From positions 16,420-80,419 of the forward strand of contig JBDTOR010000001.1 in NCBI GenBank assembly GCA_039933175.1: a DNA stretch of 64,000 nt. Direction: 5' to 3'. The translations under genes and the position numbers were made by a program. The notes under the pieces were generated by a model that saw only the letters and a program-made list of their open reading frames with translations, searched no databases and was not told the origin of the DNA. The stretch comes from Hyphomicrobium sp. (lineage in GTDB: Bacteria; Pseudomonadota; Alphaproteobacteria; Rhizobiales; Hyphomicrobiaceae). Of this stretch, positions 16,433 to 27,495 are shown piece by piece (position 1 is the stretch's first letter; each line of letters begins with the position of its first letter).

Positions 16433-19084
16433 TCAGAAGCGGCGCAACAGGCGCTCGTAGTAGTCGAGCTCCATGGTCGGACGCGACGGCTGCGCCAGCC
16501 GCTTGCGCAGCTCCTCAAGGATCTCGCGCGCCCGCTGCATGTCGATCTCGTCGGGAACCTTGACGGAATTGCCGGCGTCGGGCCCCTGGAAGCGTTGCGG
16601 GCGGCCGAGAGGATCGCGCTGCTCGCCGTTCTGGCCGACGCGCGAGGCGCCGCCCTCCTGCATCCCCTCCGACATCTTCTGCGCGCCCTGCCGCATCTGG
16701 TCGAGCGCCTCCGACTGATCGCCCAGCGCCGTTTCGGTATCGCCCTTCTCGAGCGCCTGCTGCGCGTTGTCCATGGCATCGCGGGCCTTGTTGAGCTCGT
16801 CGGATTTGGCGCCAAGCTCATCGAGCTCGCGGCGGAGCTTCTCCAGCTCCTCCTTCAGCGCCTGCTGCTGCTGGCTGAGCGGGCCCTTGCCCTGCTGGCT
16901 GCCCTGGCCCTGGCCCTGCTCTCCCTGGCCTTGGCCCTGACCCTTTTGACCGGACTGGCCGCTCTGCCCTTGCTGGCCTGGCATGCCCTGTCCCTGACGG
17001 CCACCTTCTTTGCTCTGCCCCTGCTGGCCGTTCTGGCCAGGCATGGCGCCGCTCGGCTGCGCCGGCTTACGGTTCTCGCGGAAGGTGTCGTCCATCAGCC
17101 GCTGCTGCTGGCCGACGAGGCCGCCGAGTTCGTCGAGCTTCTTCTGCATCTTCTGGCCGCGCTCGCCGGCTTCCTTGGAGACTTGGCCCGACTGCAGCCG
17201 TTCCAGAAGATCGCGTAGCTGGCTGAGCATCTGCTGCGCCTGGTCGCGCGAGCCGGCCTTCATCATGTCGTCCAGACTCTTCATCATCTGGTCGAGGTCC
17301 TTCTGGCTCAGCTGCTGGTTCTGCTGATCCAAGCCCTCGGGCGGCGACTCGTTCTGCGCGTTCTTGGTCAGCTGCTCGACGTACTTCGACAGCGCCTCGC
17401 GCAAATCCTGCATCAGGTTGTCGATCTCGCTGTCCGGGGCGCCCTTTTCCAGCGCCTCGGCGAGCTTGTCCTGCGCCTGCTTGAGCGCCTTCTCAGCGTC
17501 GGATAGATCACCATCCTCGATGCGCAGCGCCAGCTCCCACATCCCGTCGGTGACCGACTTCATGCCCTGGCGCGTGGCGTCGCGCTCAAGGCCGCGCAGG
17601 GCGGTGCGCAGGCCGAGGTAGATCGATGTACTGTCGATGAAGCCTTCCGGCTCGAGTGTCAGCGCTTCAAGCGCACGCCTGACGAGCGGCGCATAACGCG
17701 GATCATCCAGCAGCTTGGCGCGCTGCTCGACGACGGCCCTCGCCAGCGGCTTCTCGAACTGCCGTTGCGGCAGGACCAGCTTCACCGGCTTGGAATGCCC
17801 GATGTTGCCGGCGACGTCCTTGGCCTCGAGTGTCAGGATAACTTCACGCCCTGCATAGGGGTGGGGCCCGAAATCGACATAGGTTTGCCCTTCCTTCTGC
17901 GAAGGACGCGGCAGGCGCAACGTGATCTCCGGCGGCTTCTCCAGCGGCGGGCGCGGGCCTTTCAGGACAGGCTGCGCCCACGCCTTTTTGGGATCAACCG
18001 GCTTCTCGGCGCTGCGATCGCGCTTCACGTCGACGCCCGCCGAGACGACGCCGTAGTCGTCCTCGACCGAGTACGTGAGTTTCATGGCCCCGCGGCGCGT
18101 CCGCTCGGCCGGCTTGGTCATGGCGATAACCGGCGCCTTGTCGGGCTTCACGTAGAACTGCCAGCGCGCCAGTTCCGAGCCATTCGCCATCACGCGAATT
18201 TCGGCCGATGAGCGCAGCTCGTAGCGGATCTCGGAAATGTCGTGGTTGGGCGCCGACGACTTGCCGGCCTCCGGTTTCTTGGCTTCGACGTGCTGGCGCT
18301 CGCTCGAACCCTCGGCGAAGACATCGAGCGACGGTGCACCCAGACCCTGGCCGCTGGTGCGCACGATCAGCACGCTGCGCTCCGGCACCTCGACGAGCTT
18401 CGGCGTTGCCGCCGCCGCGGCAGGACCTCGGGCGCCGTCAGCCAGCATCAGCGGCGGCTTGCCCGTATAGGACGGTGGCGTCACCCAGGCATCGAGCCGC
18501 GCCTCGGAGAGGGCGATCGCCGAATTGAAACGGAATGCCGACCGCAGGCGGTCTGACGTGCTGTCGCCGACGAGCGCCAGCAATGCCACGACGCCGAGAA
18601 CGAGCAGTCCGCGCAGGGCAACCGGATCCTGGCGGTCGGCGCGCGGATGCGGCGGCCCAACCTTTAGACGCGATAGCGTCGCGGCGAGCCGGGCGCGGTG
18701 CGCCTGCCAGATGACCGCGGTGCGCGGATCGTCGGCGTTGGCGGTGATGGTGTCCTCGTACGACGAGGCCGGCCGGTGCGGCACGCCCGAGACGCGCTCG
18801 ATGCGGCGCACGGCTTCGTCGTGCGAGGGGAAAGGCGTGCGTACGGCGTGCAGAAGCGCGGCGATGGCAGCGAGGGCGAACGCGCCCAGCAGCAGGTAGT
18901 GCAGCGGATCCGACAGCATCGGCCACAGACCGGCGAGCGAAACGAGGAGGAACACCCCGGCGAGGCCAAGTATCAGCCATATGCGCGGCCACAGGCGTTC
19001 GAACAGGAGCGCCCAGCGGCTGGCGCGCACCTTGCGCGCGAACTTGGCGTCGAGGGGAGGTGAGGCGGCCTTCGGCTCCGTCAT
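16433..19084 (-). CDS. TIGR02302 / DUF4175 family membrane protein
   Basis: LLFERLWP, LDAWVTPPSYTGKPP, DDYGV, Q/G-rich linker, RDPLGR and ELDYYERLL C-terminus; typical position after lysA. Confidence 0.9.
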   Translation of the reverse strand: MTEPKAASPPLDAKFARKVRASRWALLFERLWPRIWLILGLAGVFLLVSLAGLWPMLSDPLHYLLLGAFALAAIAALLHAVRTPFPSHDEAVRRIERVSGVPHRPASSYEDTITANADDPRTAVIWQAHRARLAATLSRLKVGPPHPRADRQDPVALRGLLVLGVVALLALVGDSTSDRLRSAFRFNSAIALSEARLDAWVTPPSYTGKPPLMLADGARGPAAAAATPKLVEVPERSVLIVRTSGQGLGAPSLDVFAEGSSERQHVEAKKPEAGKSSAPNHDISEIRYELRSSAEIRVMANGSELARWQFYVKPDKAPVIAMTKPAERTRRGAMKLTYSVEDDYGVVSAGVDVKRDRSAEKPVDPKKAWAQPVLKGPRPPLEKPPEITLRLPRPSQKEGQTYVDFGPHPYAGREVILTLEAKDVAGNIGHSKPVKLVLPQRQFEKPLARAVVEQRAKLLDDPRYAPLVRRALEALTLEPEGFIDSTSIYLGLRTALRGLERDATRQGMKSVTDGMWELALRIEDGDLSDAEKALKQAQDKLAEALEKGAPDSEIDNLMQDLREALSKYVEQLTKNAQNESPPEGLDQQNQQLSQKDLDQMMKSLDDMMKAGSRDQAQQMLSQLRDLLERLQSGQVSKEAGERGQKMQKKLDELGGLVGQQQRLMDDTFRENRKPAQPSGAMPGQNGQQGQSKEGGRQGQGMPGQQGQSGQSGQKGQGQGQGEQGQGQGSQQGKGPLSQQQQALKEELEKLRRELDELGAKSDELNKARDAMDNAQQALEKGDTETALGDQSEALDQMRQGAQKMSEGMQEGGASRVGQNGEQRDPLGRPQRFQGPDAGNSVKVPDEIDMQRAREILEELRKRLAQPSRPTMELDYYERLLRRF

Positions 19085-19168
19085 CGTAGGACGATAGCTG
19101 GAACATTAAGGCGGGCAAAGCGGCGCGGCCGCGCACCCGGATTAAAATTTGGTCATTTAGTCGGGAAT

Positions 19169-20443
19169 TCAGCCCTTAGCGAGCCAGCTGGGGATGCGGT
19201 CGAGGGCGATGATGGCGTCGGTGCCGACGCGCGGACGCACGACGGCGTAGTCGGCGCCGTTCACCAGCACCTCGGGAATTAATGGCCGCGTATTGTAGCT
19301 CGACGACATCACCGCGCCGTAAGCGCCCGCGGTCATCACGGCGATGAGGTCCTCGGCCTGTAATGGCGGCAAGCTTCGGTCGAGCGCCAGATAATCGCCG
19401 GTCTCGCACACCGGCCCGACGATATCCTGCACGATGGGCGGCATCGCCGACTTGGCTTCCTGGACCGGCCAGATCTCGTGCTGCGCTTCGTACAGGGTTG
19501 GGCGGATGAGATCGTTCATCGCCGCATCGACGACGGTGAACGTCTTGTCGACGCCCTCCTTGCCGTAGAGGACGCGCGTGACGAGCACGCCGGCGTTGCC
19601 AACGATGACGCGCCCCGGCTCCATGACGATCTTGAGGCCGAGATCGCCCAGCTGCTCCTTGACGATCTCGGCGTACGCCGAAGGCGGCGGCGCCATCTCG
19701 CCGTCCGACATATACGGCACGCCGAGGCCGCCGCCGATGTCGAGGTGCACGAGCTTATGGCCATCGGCGATCAGCTCCTCGGCGAGCTTGCGCATCAACC
19801 GGAAAGCGTTGCGGAACGGCTCCAGATCGGTGATCTGGCTGCCGATGTGCATATGGATGCCGGCGACTGCGATACCCGGCAGCTTGCGGGCTTCGGCGTA
19901 AAGAGAGCGCGCCTGGCCGTAGGGAATGCCGAACTTGTTCTCCGCCTTGCCGGTGGAGATCTTGGCGTGCGTCTTGGCGTCGACGTCCGGGTTGACGCGC
20001 AGTGCCACATGCGCCGTGTGTCCCAGGCCTTCCGCCACCTCGCTCAGCGCGCGCAGCTCCGGCTCGCCCTCGACGTTGAAGCCGAGGATGCCCTGCTCCA
20101 GTGCGTAGGCCATCTCCTCGCGCGTCTTACCGACGCCTGCGAAGATGATCTTGTTGGCGGGTACGCCGGCAGCGAGCGCGCGGCGCAACTCGCCCTCGGA
20201 GACCACGTCCATGCCGGCGCCAAGCTTTGCCAGCGTCGCTAGCACCGCCTGGTTGGAGTTCGATTTGACCGCAAAGCAGATGAGCGCGTCCTGGCCGGCG
20301 AAGGCCTCAGTCAGCACGCGGTAGTGCCGCTGCAGCGTCGCGGTGGAATAGCAATAGAACGGCGTTCCCACTTCGGCAGCGAGTCGCGCGAGCGAGACAT
20401 CCTCGGCGTGGAGCACGCCGTCCTTGTAATGGAAGTGATGCAT
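19169..20443 (-). CDS. lysA: Diaminopimelate decarboxylase
   Basis: FAVKSN (PLP lysine), HIGSQ, GGGLG, EPGR, GPVCETGD, AGAYG. Confidence 0.97.
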   Translation of the reverse strand: MHHFHYKDGVLHAEDVSLARLAAEVGTPFYCYSTATLQRHYRVLTEAFAGQDALICFAVKSNSNQAVLATLAKLGAGMDVVSEGELRRALAAGVPANKIIFAGVGKTREEMAYALEQGILGFNVEGEPELRALSEVAEGLGHTAHVALRVNPDVDAKTHAKISTGKAENKFGIPYGQARSLYAEARKLPGIAVAGIHMHIGSQITDLEPFRNAFRLMRKLAEELIADGHKLVHLDIGGGLGVPYMSDGEMAPPPSAYAEIVKEQLGDLGLKIVMEPGRVIVGNAGVLVTRVLYGKEGVDKTFTVVDAAMNDLIRPTLYEAQHEIWPVQEAKSAMPPIVQDIVGPVCETGDYLALDRSLPPLQAEDLIAVMTAGAYGAVMSSSYNTRPLIPEVLVNGADYAVVRPRVGTDAIIALDRIPSWLAKG

Positions 20444-20470
20444 GGCGGGCTTTGTAGCGCCCGATTCGCT

Positions 20471-20692
20471 TTAACGCAGCAGCGGATCGAGAATGAAGCC
20501 GTCATGCGGCTTGGGCGGGGCGGCGCTTTCGGGCTGGGTGCCGGCGGCTTCGGCCGACTTGGCGGTGCCGGCGGCCTTGGCTGACGGCGGCGGATCGAGC
20601 GAGCCGCGGACGCCGCAGGCGCCGAGCCCAAGGCACAGCCCGGCGGCCACAAGCGCGGCAATTGTCGCCTTCGGTGTCACCGTTACGCGCAT
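20471..20692 (-). CDS. lptM: Small lipoprotein, LppL/LptM (YifL) family
   Basis: Lipobox LGAC followed by GVRGSLDPPP (CGxKGPLxxP-like); FILDPLL end; sits between argH and lysA. Confidence 0.8.
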   Translation of the reverse strand: MRVTVTPKATIAALVAAGLCLGLGACGVRGSLDPPPSAKAAGTAKSAEAAGTQPESAAPPKPHDGFILDPLLR

Positions 20693-20784
20693 ATCCCCGA
20701 CCGATCCCACTGGCTAAACAGCCGAAATAGCAGGGCACTCCACCGCTGAGGCGGAACTTGGGCGCCCGACCGTAGCTCCCAGTT

Positions 20785-22194
20785 CTAGCCCCTCGGTGGG
20801 GCCTTTTCCAACCGCTTCCGCCAGGCGGCAGCCATTTTGGCCACGTTCTGTGGCGCGGTTCCCCCATGGCTGACACGGCTAGCGACCGAGTTCTGGGGGC
20901 TCAAAACCGAGAAAACGTCGCCGGTTATGCGTGGCTCGGCTGCCTGCATGTCCGCCAGCGACAACTTATCCAACGGTAGATTCTTGGCCTCCGCCGCGGC
21001 GACAATGCGCCCAGTGACGTGGTGGGCATCCCGGAATGGCATCTTCAGCACCCGCACCAGCCAGTCGGCGAGGTCGGTCGCCGTCGAATAGCCCCCGCCA
21101 GCAGCGGCGAGCAGCACCTTCTCCTGCGGCTGCATGTCGTCGACCATCCCGGTCGTCGCGGCGATGGCCAGCGCAAGGCTGTCGAAGGCGTCGAAGGCGA
21201 CCTCCTTGTCCTCCTGCATATCCTTCGAATAGGCGAGCGGCAGCCCCTTCATGACGATGAGTAGGCTCTGGAAGGCCCCGGCGATGCGTCCGACCTTGGC
21301 GCGCGTTAGTTCGGCGGCATCGGGGTTGCGCTTCTGCGGCATGATCGAGGAGCCGGTGGTGAACTTGTCCGACAGCTTGATGAAGCCGAACTGCGGTGTC
21401 GACCACAGCACGACCTCCTCGGCGAAGCGCGACAGATGCACGGCGCAGATCGATGCCGCGGCCAGCGTCTCGAGCACGAAGTCGCGGTCGGAGACGGCGT
21501 CGAGCGAGTTGTCGGTCGGCTTGTCGAAGCCGAGGGCCTTGGCGGTCGCGTGCCTGTCGATGGGGAACGACGTGCCCGCCAGCGCCGCCGAGCCGAGCGG
21601 ACACTCGTTCAGCCGCGTGCGCGCGTCCGCCAGCCGTCCGCGGTCGCGGCCGATCATCTCGACATAGGCGAGCAGATGATGGCCGAAGGTGACGGGCTGG
21701 GCTGGCTGCAGATGCGTGAAACCCGGCATGACTGTCGCGGCGTGCGCCTCGGCCTTGCGGACGAGCGCCAGTTGCAGGCCCGCCAGCGCGTCGTCGAGCC
21801 CGTCGAGCCGCTCGCGCACGTACAGCCGGAAGTCGGTTGCCACCTGGTCGTTGCGCGAGCGCGCCGTGTGCAAGCGCCCGGCCGGCGTGCCGATTACCTC
21901 CTTGAGGCGGCTTTCGACGTTCATGTGCACGTCCTCGAGGGCGCGCGAGAACACCATCTTGCCGCTCTCGATCTCGGCCGCTACCTGATCGAGACCCTTG
22001 ATGATCGCCTTGGCGTCCTCCGGGGCGATGATGCCCGCGTCGGCCAGCATGGCAGCGTGCGCCTTAGAGGCGCGGATGTCCTGTGGGGCCAAACGCTTGT
22101 CGAAGCCGATGGAGGCGTTTATCTCCTCCATGATCTCCGCGGGCGAGGCCGAGAAGCGCCCGCCCCACATGCTATTAGCAGGCTTGTCCGTCAC
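20785..22194 (-). CDS. argH: Argininosuccinate lyase
   Basis: [35 protein letters not shown]. Confidence 0.97.
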   Translation of the reverse strand: MTDKPANSMWGGRFSASPAEIMEEINASIGFDKRLAPQDIRASKAHAAMLADAGIIAPEDAKAIIKGLDQVAAEIESGKMVFSRALEDVHMNVESRLKEVIGTPAGRLHTARSRNDQVATDFRLYVRERLDGLDDALAGLQLALVRKAEAHAATVMPGFTHLQPAQPVTFGHHLLAYVEMIGRDRGRLADARTRLNECPLGSAALAGTSFPIDRHATAKALGFDKPTDNSLDAVSDRDFVLETLAAASICAVHLSRFAEEVVLWSTPQFGFIKLSDKFTTGSSIMPQKRNPDAAELTRAKVGRIAGAFQSLLIVMKGLPLAYSKDMQEDKEVAFDAFDSLALAIAATTGMVDDMQPQEKVLLAAAGGGYSTATDLADWLVRVLKMPFRDAHHVTGRIVAAAEAKNLPLDKLSLADMQAAEPRITGDVFSVLSPQNSVASRVSHGGTAPQNVAKMAAAWRKRLEKAPPRG

Positions 22195-22247
22195 GGCTTG
22201 GGTGCTCCGTCAGGGGCCGGTCGATTTGGTTCGGCGAAAGTAGGCAC

Positions 22248-22901
22248 ATGAGCAATCAGCGGCCGGTAGAAAAGCAGAACCGCCCGACGGCTTGGTATGC
22301 GTGGTTTGCCGCCATATCAGCGCTGGCAGCGTTCGCGGCGGTATACGTCACGTTGGGCCAACATGACAATCAAACGGTGGGTACGCCGTCGGCCGAAGCG
22401 CCGGCTGCAACCATTAAGCCGAGCGGCAACCCGCTGGCTACCGGCGCCATGACCACGTTCGTCTTCAAGCCGCAGCCTGCGCCGCTCCCTGATCTCCAAT
22501 TTGTTAACGGCAGCGGAAATCAGGTCAGCTTCGCCAGCTTCCACGGCAAGGTCGTGCTGCTCAACGTGTGGGCCACATGGTGCGCACCCTGCCGCGAGGA
22601 GATGCCGGCGCTCGATAAGCTGCAGGCGGCGCTCGGGTCCGACAAGTTCGAGGTCGTGGCGCTGGCGGTCGACAAGTCCGGCGTCGAAGGGGCGAAGAAG
22701 TTCCTGGCCGACATCAAGGCCGAGAAGCTGGAGCCTTATGCAGACCCGACGGCCAAGGAAGGCACGCGGCTGAAGGTTATCGGCATGCCGACGACGATCC
22801 TCATCGACCGCGAGGGCCGGGAGATCGGCCGGCTCATCGGCCCGGCGCACTGGGACAGCCCCGAAGCCAAGCGGCTGATCGAGGCTCAGTTGCAGAATTA
22901 G
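22248..22901 (+). CDS. tlpA: TlpA-family thiol:disulfide oxidoreductase
   Basis: N-terminal TM anchor, NVWATWCAPCREEMP, GMPTT; divergent from argH. Confidence 0.9.
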   Translation: MSNQRPVEKQNRPTAWYAWFAAISALAAFAAVYVTLGQHDNQTVGTPSAEAPAATIKPSGNPLATGAMTTFVFKPQPAPLPDLQFVNGSGNQVSFASFHGKVVLLNVWATWCAPCREEMPALDKLQAALGSDKFEVVALAVDKSGVEGAKKFLADIKAEKLEPYADPTAKEGTRLKVIGMPTTILIDREGREIGRLIGPAHWDSPEAKRLIEAQLQN

Positions 22902-23410
22902 AAGATCAGGTGCGAAGCGAGTGCGATGGCAGCGACCGCGAGGGCGCCGAAGAACAGCATCTCGTTGCGGCGCGCGGCCAGCTCGGCGCGCTCGACTTGC
23001 GTCTGCAGCGCACCCAACTCGGCGAGCTTGCGGTCGATGGGCGCGAACGACTTGTAGGTCAGCCCGACGAAGCTGCCCTTGTCACCCTCGATGGAGTCTA
23101 GGCGCGTCTTGATATCCTTGCAGGAGCGCTGCAGGTCGGTGATCTTGTAGTCGCGCGAATTCTTGAGGGTCTCTTCGAATGCCTGGAAGCGCCGCGTGCG
23201 GTTGGCCTCCTCGGTCATGTCGGTGATGGTCTGGCGCGATTTCTCCAGCTCTCGCTCGAGCCGCGCTATGGTTCCGTTGATGCGTTCGAATTGCACCGCC
23301 GCCTCGGCGACGAAGCCATCGCGACCCACCCATTTGCCCGCGGCTGAAGAGGCCACCGAGATCACCTTTTCGCCTTGCAGCACGACGCAACCCCTACCAA
23401 CGCCACTCAC
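22898..23410 (-). CDS. Hypothetical coiled-coil protein with C-terminal TM anchor
   Basis: Charged heptad-like body; hydrophobic tail LFFGALAVAAIALASHLIF; start uncertain. Confidence 0.55.
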   Translation of the reverse strand: MSGVGRGCVVLQGEKVISVASSAAGKWVGRDGFVAEAAVQFERINGTIARLERELEKSRQTITDMTEEANRTRRFQAFEETLKNSRDYKITDLQRSCKDIKTRLDSIEGDKGSFVGLTYKSFAPIDRKLAELGALQTQVERAELAARRNEMLFFGALAVAAIALASHLIF

Positions 23411-23561
23411 CCCCGAAACTTTCGCGAGTATGGCGAATGGGGTTTAACGCGACGTATCCAATTGACGCGCCCGACAGAAGAAATCGTTCGCATTGACAGT
23501 ATTTTGCGCCCGCGCGACAAGGCGGGCAGTTAGCCGCAAAATGAAGAAAACGGGGAGCCCG

Positions 23562-24419
23562 ATGTCTCAGAACATGAACACCGCCGAGTTGCAGAGCGCG
23601 ATCGAGGCGGTGTGGGAAGAGCGGCAGGGCATTTCGGCCGGCACCACCGGCGTCGTCCGCGACACGGTGGAGAAGACGCTTGACCTGTTGGACAAGGGCG
23701 AGGTGCGGGTCGCCGAGAAGGGCCCGGAAGGCTGGACCGTCAATCAGTGGCTCAAGAAGGCCGTGCTGCTGTCGTTCCGCCTGAACGACATGGTGCCGAT
23801 CTCCGGCGCCCCGGGCGGGGCCACCTGGTGGGACAAGGTGCCCTCCAAGTTCGACGGCATGACCCCCGATGATTTCCGCCGCGCCGGTTTCCGCGCCGTC
23901 CCGGGCTGCATCGTCCGCCGCTCCGCCTACATTGCGCCCGGCGTCGTGCTGCTGCCCGCGTTCGTGAACCTCGGCGCCTATGTCGACGAGGGCACCATGG
24001 TCGATACCTGGGCCACGGTCGGCTCGTGCGCTCAGATCGGCAAGAACTGCCACATCTCCGGCGGCGCCGGCATCGGCGGCGTTCTGGAGCCGCTCCAGGC
24101 CGGCCCGGTCATCATCGAAGACAACTGCTTCATTGGTGCCCGCGCGGAAGTCGCCGAGGGCGTGCTGGTCGGCGAGGGCTCGGTGCTGTCGATGGGCGTC
24201 TATCTCGGCGCCTCGACGACCATCATCAATCGCACCACGGGCGAGAAGTTCTTCGGCAAGGTGCCGCCTTACTCGGTCGTGGTATCCGGCACGATGCCGG
24301 CCAAGAAGCCGCTGCCCGATGGCTCGCCAGGCCCCAATCTCTATTGCGCCGTCATCGTCAAGCAGGTCGACGCGCAGACGCGCTCCAAGACCTCGATCAA
24401 CGAGCTGCTACGCGACTAG
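23562..24419 (+). CDS. dapD: 2,3,4,5-tetrahydropyridine-2,6-dicarboxylate N-succinyltransferase
   Basis: [45 protein letters not shown]; SD GGGGAG before ATG 23562. Confidence 0.97.
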   Translation: MSQNMNTAELQSAIEAVWEERQGISAGTTGVVRDTVEKTLDLLDKGEVRVAEKGPEGWTVNQWLKKAVLLSFRLNDMVPISGAPGGATWWDKVPSKFDGMTPDDFRRAGFRAVPGCIVRRSAYIAPGVVLLPAFVNLGAYVDEGTMVDTWATVGSCAQIGKNCHISGGAGIGGVLEPLQAGPVIIEDNCFIGARAEVAEGVLVGEGSVLSMGVYLGASTTIINRTTGEKFFGKVPPYSVVVSGTMPAKKPLPDGSPGPNLYCAVIVKQVDAQTRSKTSINELLRD

Positions 24420-24805
24420 GGCCTGTTTGACTGCTCCTTCGCTGCAGCCTCACTGGATTTGAACTCGACCTGATACTGGGCGTTAGCTGTCAGCGTAACG
24501 AAATTGTCCTCGGGGCGCAGGCGCAAGTTGTTGCTTTGAATGTTGAGGCTGGAAAGCTTGCAACTTGACGCCAGCGTGGCGAGAATGGCGGCGCATTCCT
24601 TGGCGCCGATCTCATAGAGCTGTCTGCGTCCGTTTTCCATAACGTTCCGTTGGTCGTCGAGATCGTCGGATTTGAGCGGCACCCGGAGGGTGAATTGCAC
24701 GCCCACGGCCGTGGGACGCTGTAGATAGTTTGGCGTCTGGGCCGCGGCTGGCGGCGTCGGTACCGCGAGGGCAAACGTCATCAGACCTGCCAGGATCGCG
24801 CGCAT
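24416..24805 (-). CDS. Hypothetical secreted protein (129 aa)
   Basis: Signal peptide [22 protein letters not shown]; two Cys; visibly lower GC than its neighbours. Confidence 0.55.
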   Translation of the reverse strand: MRAILAGLMTFALAVPTPPAAAQTPNYLQRPTAVGVQFTLRVPLKSDDLDDQRNVMENGRRQLYEIGAKECAAILATLASSCKLSSLNIQSNNLRLRPEDNFVTLTANAQYQVEFKSSEAAAKEQSNRP

Positions 24806-25009
24806 TAATTGCTCCAGGTTCGAGGTTGCCGAGATTGGCCCGGGCCGGCGAGAAATTTCCCTCACCCTCGCCGGAGCCACAACAAAAAATTGAAACGCCT
24901 CCTGACAGAATACTAATTTAGGAATTGTGCGTGCCGCATGCTTGATGATCGGACGCGTTTTGGGGTTTAGATGCGCTTGGCGGCTCCAACCGTCGACCAT
25001 AGGCTGGGT

Positions 25010-25771
25010 ATGAATAACTACCGCAACCTCGCCAGCCAGAAGATCGCCGAGACGCTGACGACACTGGCGTCGCGCATCGGCGAGCGCTTTCCGGGCTCGG
25101 GATTGCTTGGGGTGTGTCGCGAGCTGATCGCCATGGCGGAACAGACCTCAGACCGCGCCGAAAAGATCGCCCGCCCCAATATCCCGCTGATCATGGGCGT
25201 GTGGCTGCTGCTGCTGCTCGCTGCCAGCACCATCGTTTGGCTCCTCAGCAAGGCAACCCGGCTAGAAGCCTCCACCGAACTGACCAACGTCATGCAGGGT
25301 GTCGATGCCGGCGTTAGCCTGCTCATCGTGCTGGGCGGCGCGGCCTTCTATCTATCAAGCCTCGAAAGCCGCTGGCGCCGCCGGGCGGTTCTCAAGGCGC
25401 TGCATGAATTCCGCTCCGTCGCCCACGTCATCGACATGCACCAGCTGACCAAGGATCCGAGCGCACTCGGCGGCCCACGCACCAGCTCGTCGCCGGACCG
25501 CGAGATGACGCGCTTCGAACTCGTGCGCTACCTCAGCTACTGTTCGGAAATGCTGTCGCTGGCCAGCAAGTCCGCGGCCGTCTACGCCGAGAAGATCGAT
25601 GACCCCGCAGTGGTCGATGCGGTTGGCGACATCGAGCGGCTGACGACCAATCTCAGCCAGAAGATCTGGCAGAAGATCACGCTGGTCGAAACCGAGATCG
25701 AGGATGTGCGCGGCGCCAAGGCGATGTCCGCCGGCGAGCTCACGTTCGCGCAGCACATAAAAAGCGACTAG
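25010..25771 (+). CDS. Hypothetical membrane protein (2 TM)
   Basis: Two hydrophobic helices followed by RSVAHVIDMHQLTKDP and RYLSYCSEMLSL; start at ATG 25010 or 24971. Confidence 0.65.
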   Translation: MNNYRNLASQKIAETLTTLASRIGERFPGSGLLGVCRELIAMAEQTSDRAEKIARPNIPLIMGVWLLLLLAASTIVWLLSKATRLEASTELTNVMQGVDAGVSLLIVLGGAAFYLSSLESRWRRRAVLKALHEFRSVAHVIDMHQLTKDPSALGGPRTSSSPDREMTRFELVRYLSYCSEMLSLASKSAAVYAEKIDDPAVVDAVGDIERLTTNLSQKIWQKITLVETEIEDVRGAKAMSAGELTFAQHIKSD

Positions 25772-25780
25772 GGCTGCACG

Positions 25781-26233
25781 ATGGACAGGCTGTTCACCCT
25801 GCTGACCTCGTTTCACGGCCGTATTCCGCGGCAGCAATGGTGGATCGGCTTCATCATCACCTTTCTCGGCAGCATCGCCGGGACGCTGCTGTTCAACCCC
25901 GACATGCTGGTCAGCGACGAGGCCGTGCCGCCGCAGTGGCCCGATACGTTCTGGCAGCTCGCCTGGCTGGTGCCGGCCACGGCGATTACCGTAAAGCGCT
26001 TCAACGATCGCGACTGGCCGTGGTGGCTAGGCTATGCATTTGCGGCGTTCGGCGCGTTTCTCTACGTGGCGCCGCACTTCGGGTTGCTGATCGACCCTGA
26101 GGCCGGCGGCGTCGGCGCGGCCAGTTTCTGGCTGTTGGTGGTTGTCATCCTCGCTGTCTCGATCGACAACGGGTTTCTCCGCGGCACGCGCGGCCCCAAT
26201 CGCTACGGTCCCGATCCATTGGCAGGAGCCTAG
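25781..26233 (+). CDS. DUF805 (YhaH-like) membrane protein
   Basis: SFHGRIPRQQWW, KRFNDRDW, GTRGPNRYGPDP. Confidence 0.9.
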   Translation: MDRLFTLLTSFHGRIPRQQWWIGFIITFLGSIAGTLLFNPDMLVSDEAVPPQWPDTFWQLAWLVPATAITVKRFNDRDWPWWLGYAFAAFGAFLYVAPHFGLLIDPEAGGVGAASFWLLVVVILAVSIDNGFLRGTRGPNRYGPDPLAGA

Positions 26234-26241
26234 ACATCGGC

Positions 26242-27411
26242 ATGTCGACCGCCTCAGATCCCGTCGCGCTGGCCCAGGCGCTGATCCGCTGCGAAAGCGT
26301 GACACCCGCCGAAGGCGGCGCGCTGACGCTGCTGGAGGGCGTTCTCTCCGCCGCCGGGTTCGAGTGCCACCGCATGACCTTTTCCGAGCCGGGCTTCCCC
26401 GACGTGCAGAACCTCTACGCGCGGCTCGGCAACACCGGGCCCAACCTCTGCTTTGCCGGCCATACCGACGTCGTGCCGCCGGGCGACATCGACGCGTGGA
26501 CGTCGCCCCCGTTTGCCGCCCAGATCCGCGACGGCGTCCTCTACGGCCGCGGCGCCGTCGATATGAAGGGTGAGATCGCCTGCTTCGTGGCGGCCGCGAA
26601 GCGCTTTCTGGACGCTGGCGGCGGCAAGCTGCCTGGGTCGATCTCGCTGCTGATCACCGGCGATGAGGAGGGCGACAGCGTCAACGGCACCATCAAGGTG
26701 CTCGACTGGCTGAAGGCACGCGGCGAAGTTCTGCACGCCTGCGTGGTGGGAGAGCCGTCGAGCCGCCACGCCGTGGGCGATGAGATCAAAATCGGGCGCC
26801 GCGGCTCGCTCAACGGCGACCTCGTCGTCGAAGGCAAGCAGGGTCACGCCGCCTACCCGCACATCGCCGACAATCCGGTGCCGAAGCTCGCCCGCATCAT
26901 CGACAGGTTGTCGAACCTGCGGCTCGACAACGGCACGTCGAACTTCGAAGCCTCGCATCTGGTCGTCACGGTCATCTCGGTGCCGAACACGGCGACCAAC
27001 GTCATTCCCGCCCAGGCACGGGCGCGCTTTAACGTGCGCTACAACGATGCGCATCAGCGCGCGACGCTCGAAGACGTGCTGCGCAAGGCGTGCACGGAAG
27101 CAGCCGCCGAGGTCGGCGCGCGCTTCACGCTTTCGTTCTCCGGCACCGGCGATGTGTTCGTGACGCAAGCAGGTCCGCTCGTCCAAACTATGCAGGTTGC
27201 AGTGCAGGAGATCACCGGGCGCACACCCAAGCTGTCGACGACAGGCGGCACATCCGACGCCCGCTTCATCAAAGATCATTGCCCAGTGATCGAACTCGGA
27301 TTGCTCAATGCCACCATTCACCAGGTCGATGAATGCGTGCCGGTCGCCGATCTCGAAACGCTGACCAAAATCTACGAGCGCTTCATCGCGCTGTTTTTCG
27401 CACGCGCATAG
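26242..27411 (+). CDS. dapE: Succinyl-diaminopimelate desuccinylase
   Basis: FAGHTDVVP, GRGAVDMKG, TGDEEG, GRRGS, GGTSDARF, HQVDE. Confidence 0.96.
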   Translation: MSTASDPVALAQALIRCESVTPAEGGALTLLEGVLSAAGFECHRMTFSEPGFPDVQNLYARLGNTGPNLCFAGHTDVVPPGDIDAWTSPPFAAQIRDGVLYGRGAVDMKGEIACFVAAAKRFLDAGGGKLPGSISLLITGDEEGDSVNGTIKVLDWLKARGEVLHACVVGEPSSRHAVGDEIKIGRRGSLNGDLVVEGKQGHAAYPHIADNPVPKLARIIDRLSNLRLDNGTSNFEASHLVVTVISVPNTATNVIPAQARARFNVRYNDAHQRATLEDVLRKACTEAAAEVGARFTLSFSGTGDVFVTQAGPLVQTMQVAVQEITGRTPKLSTTGGTSDARFIKDHCPVIELGLLNATIHQVDECVPVADLETLTKIYERFIALFFARA

Positions 27412-27495
27412 CAGAGGATACTTTCTGCGGCTTGTTGCAAATCGCGTCGACGCGTAACACTCTCCGCATATTGAACACGCAAGGCATTGCGGGCC

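Noticed and set aside
16860-17060. Repetitive CCCTGG/CCCTGC tract
   Set aside because: It encodes the Gln/Gly-rich linker normal for DUF4175 proteins; it is not a DNA repeat array.
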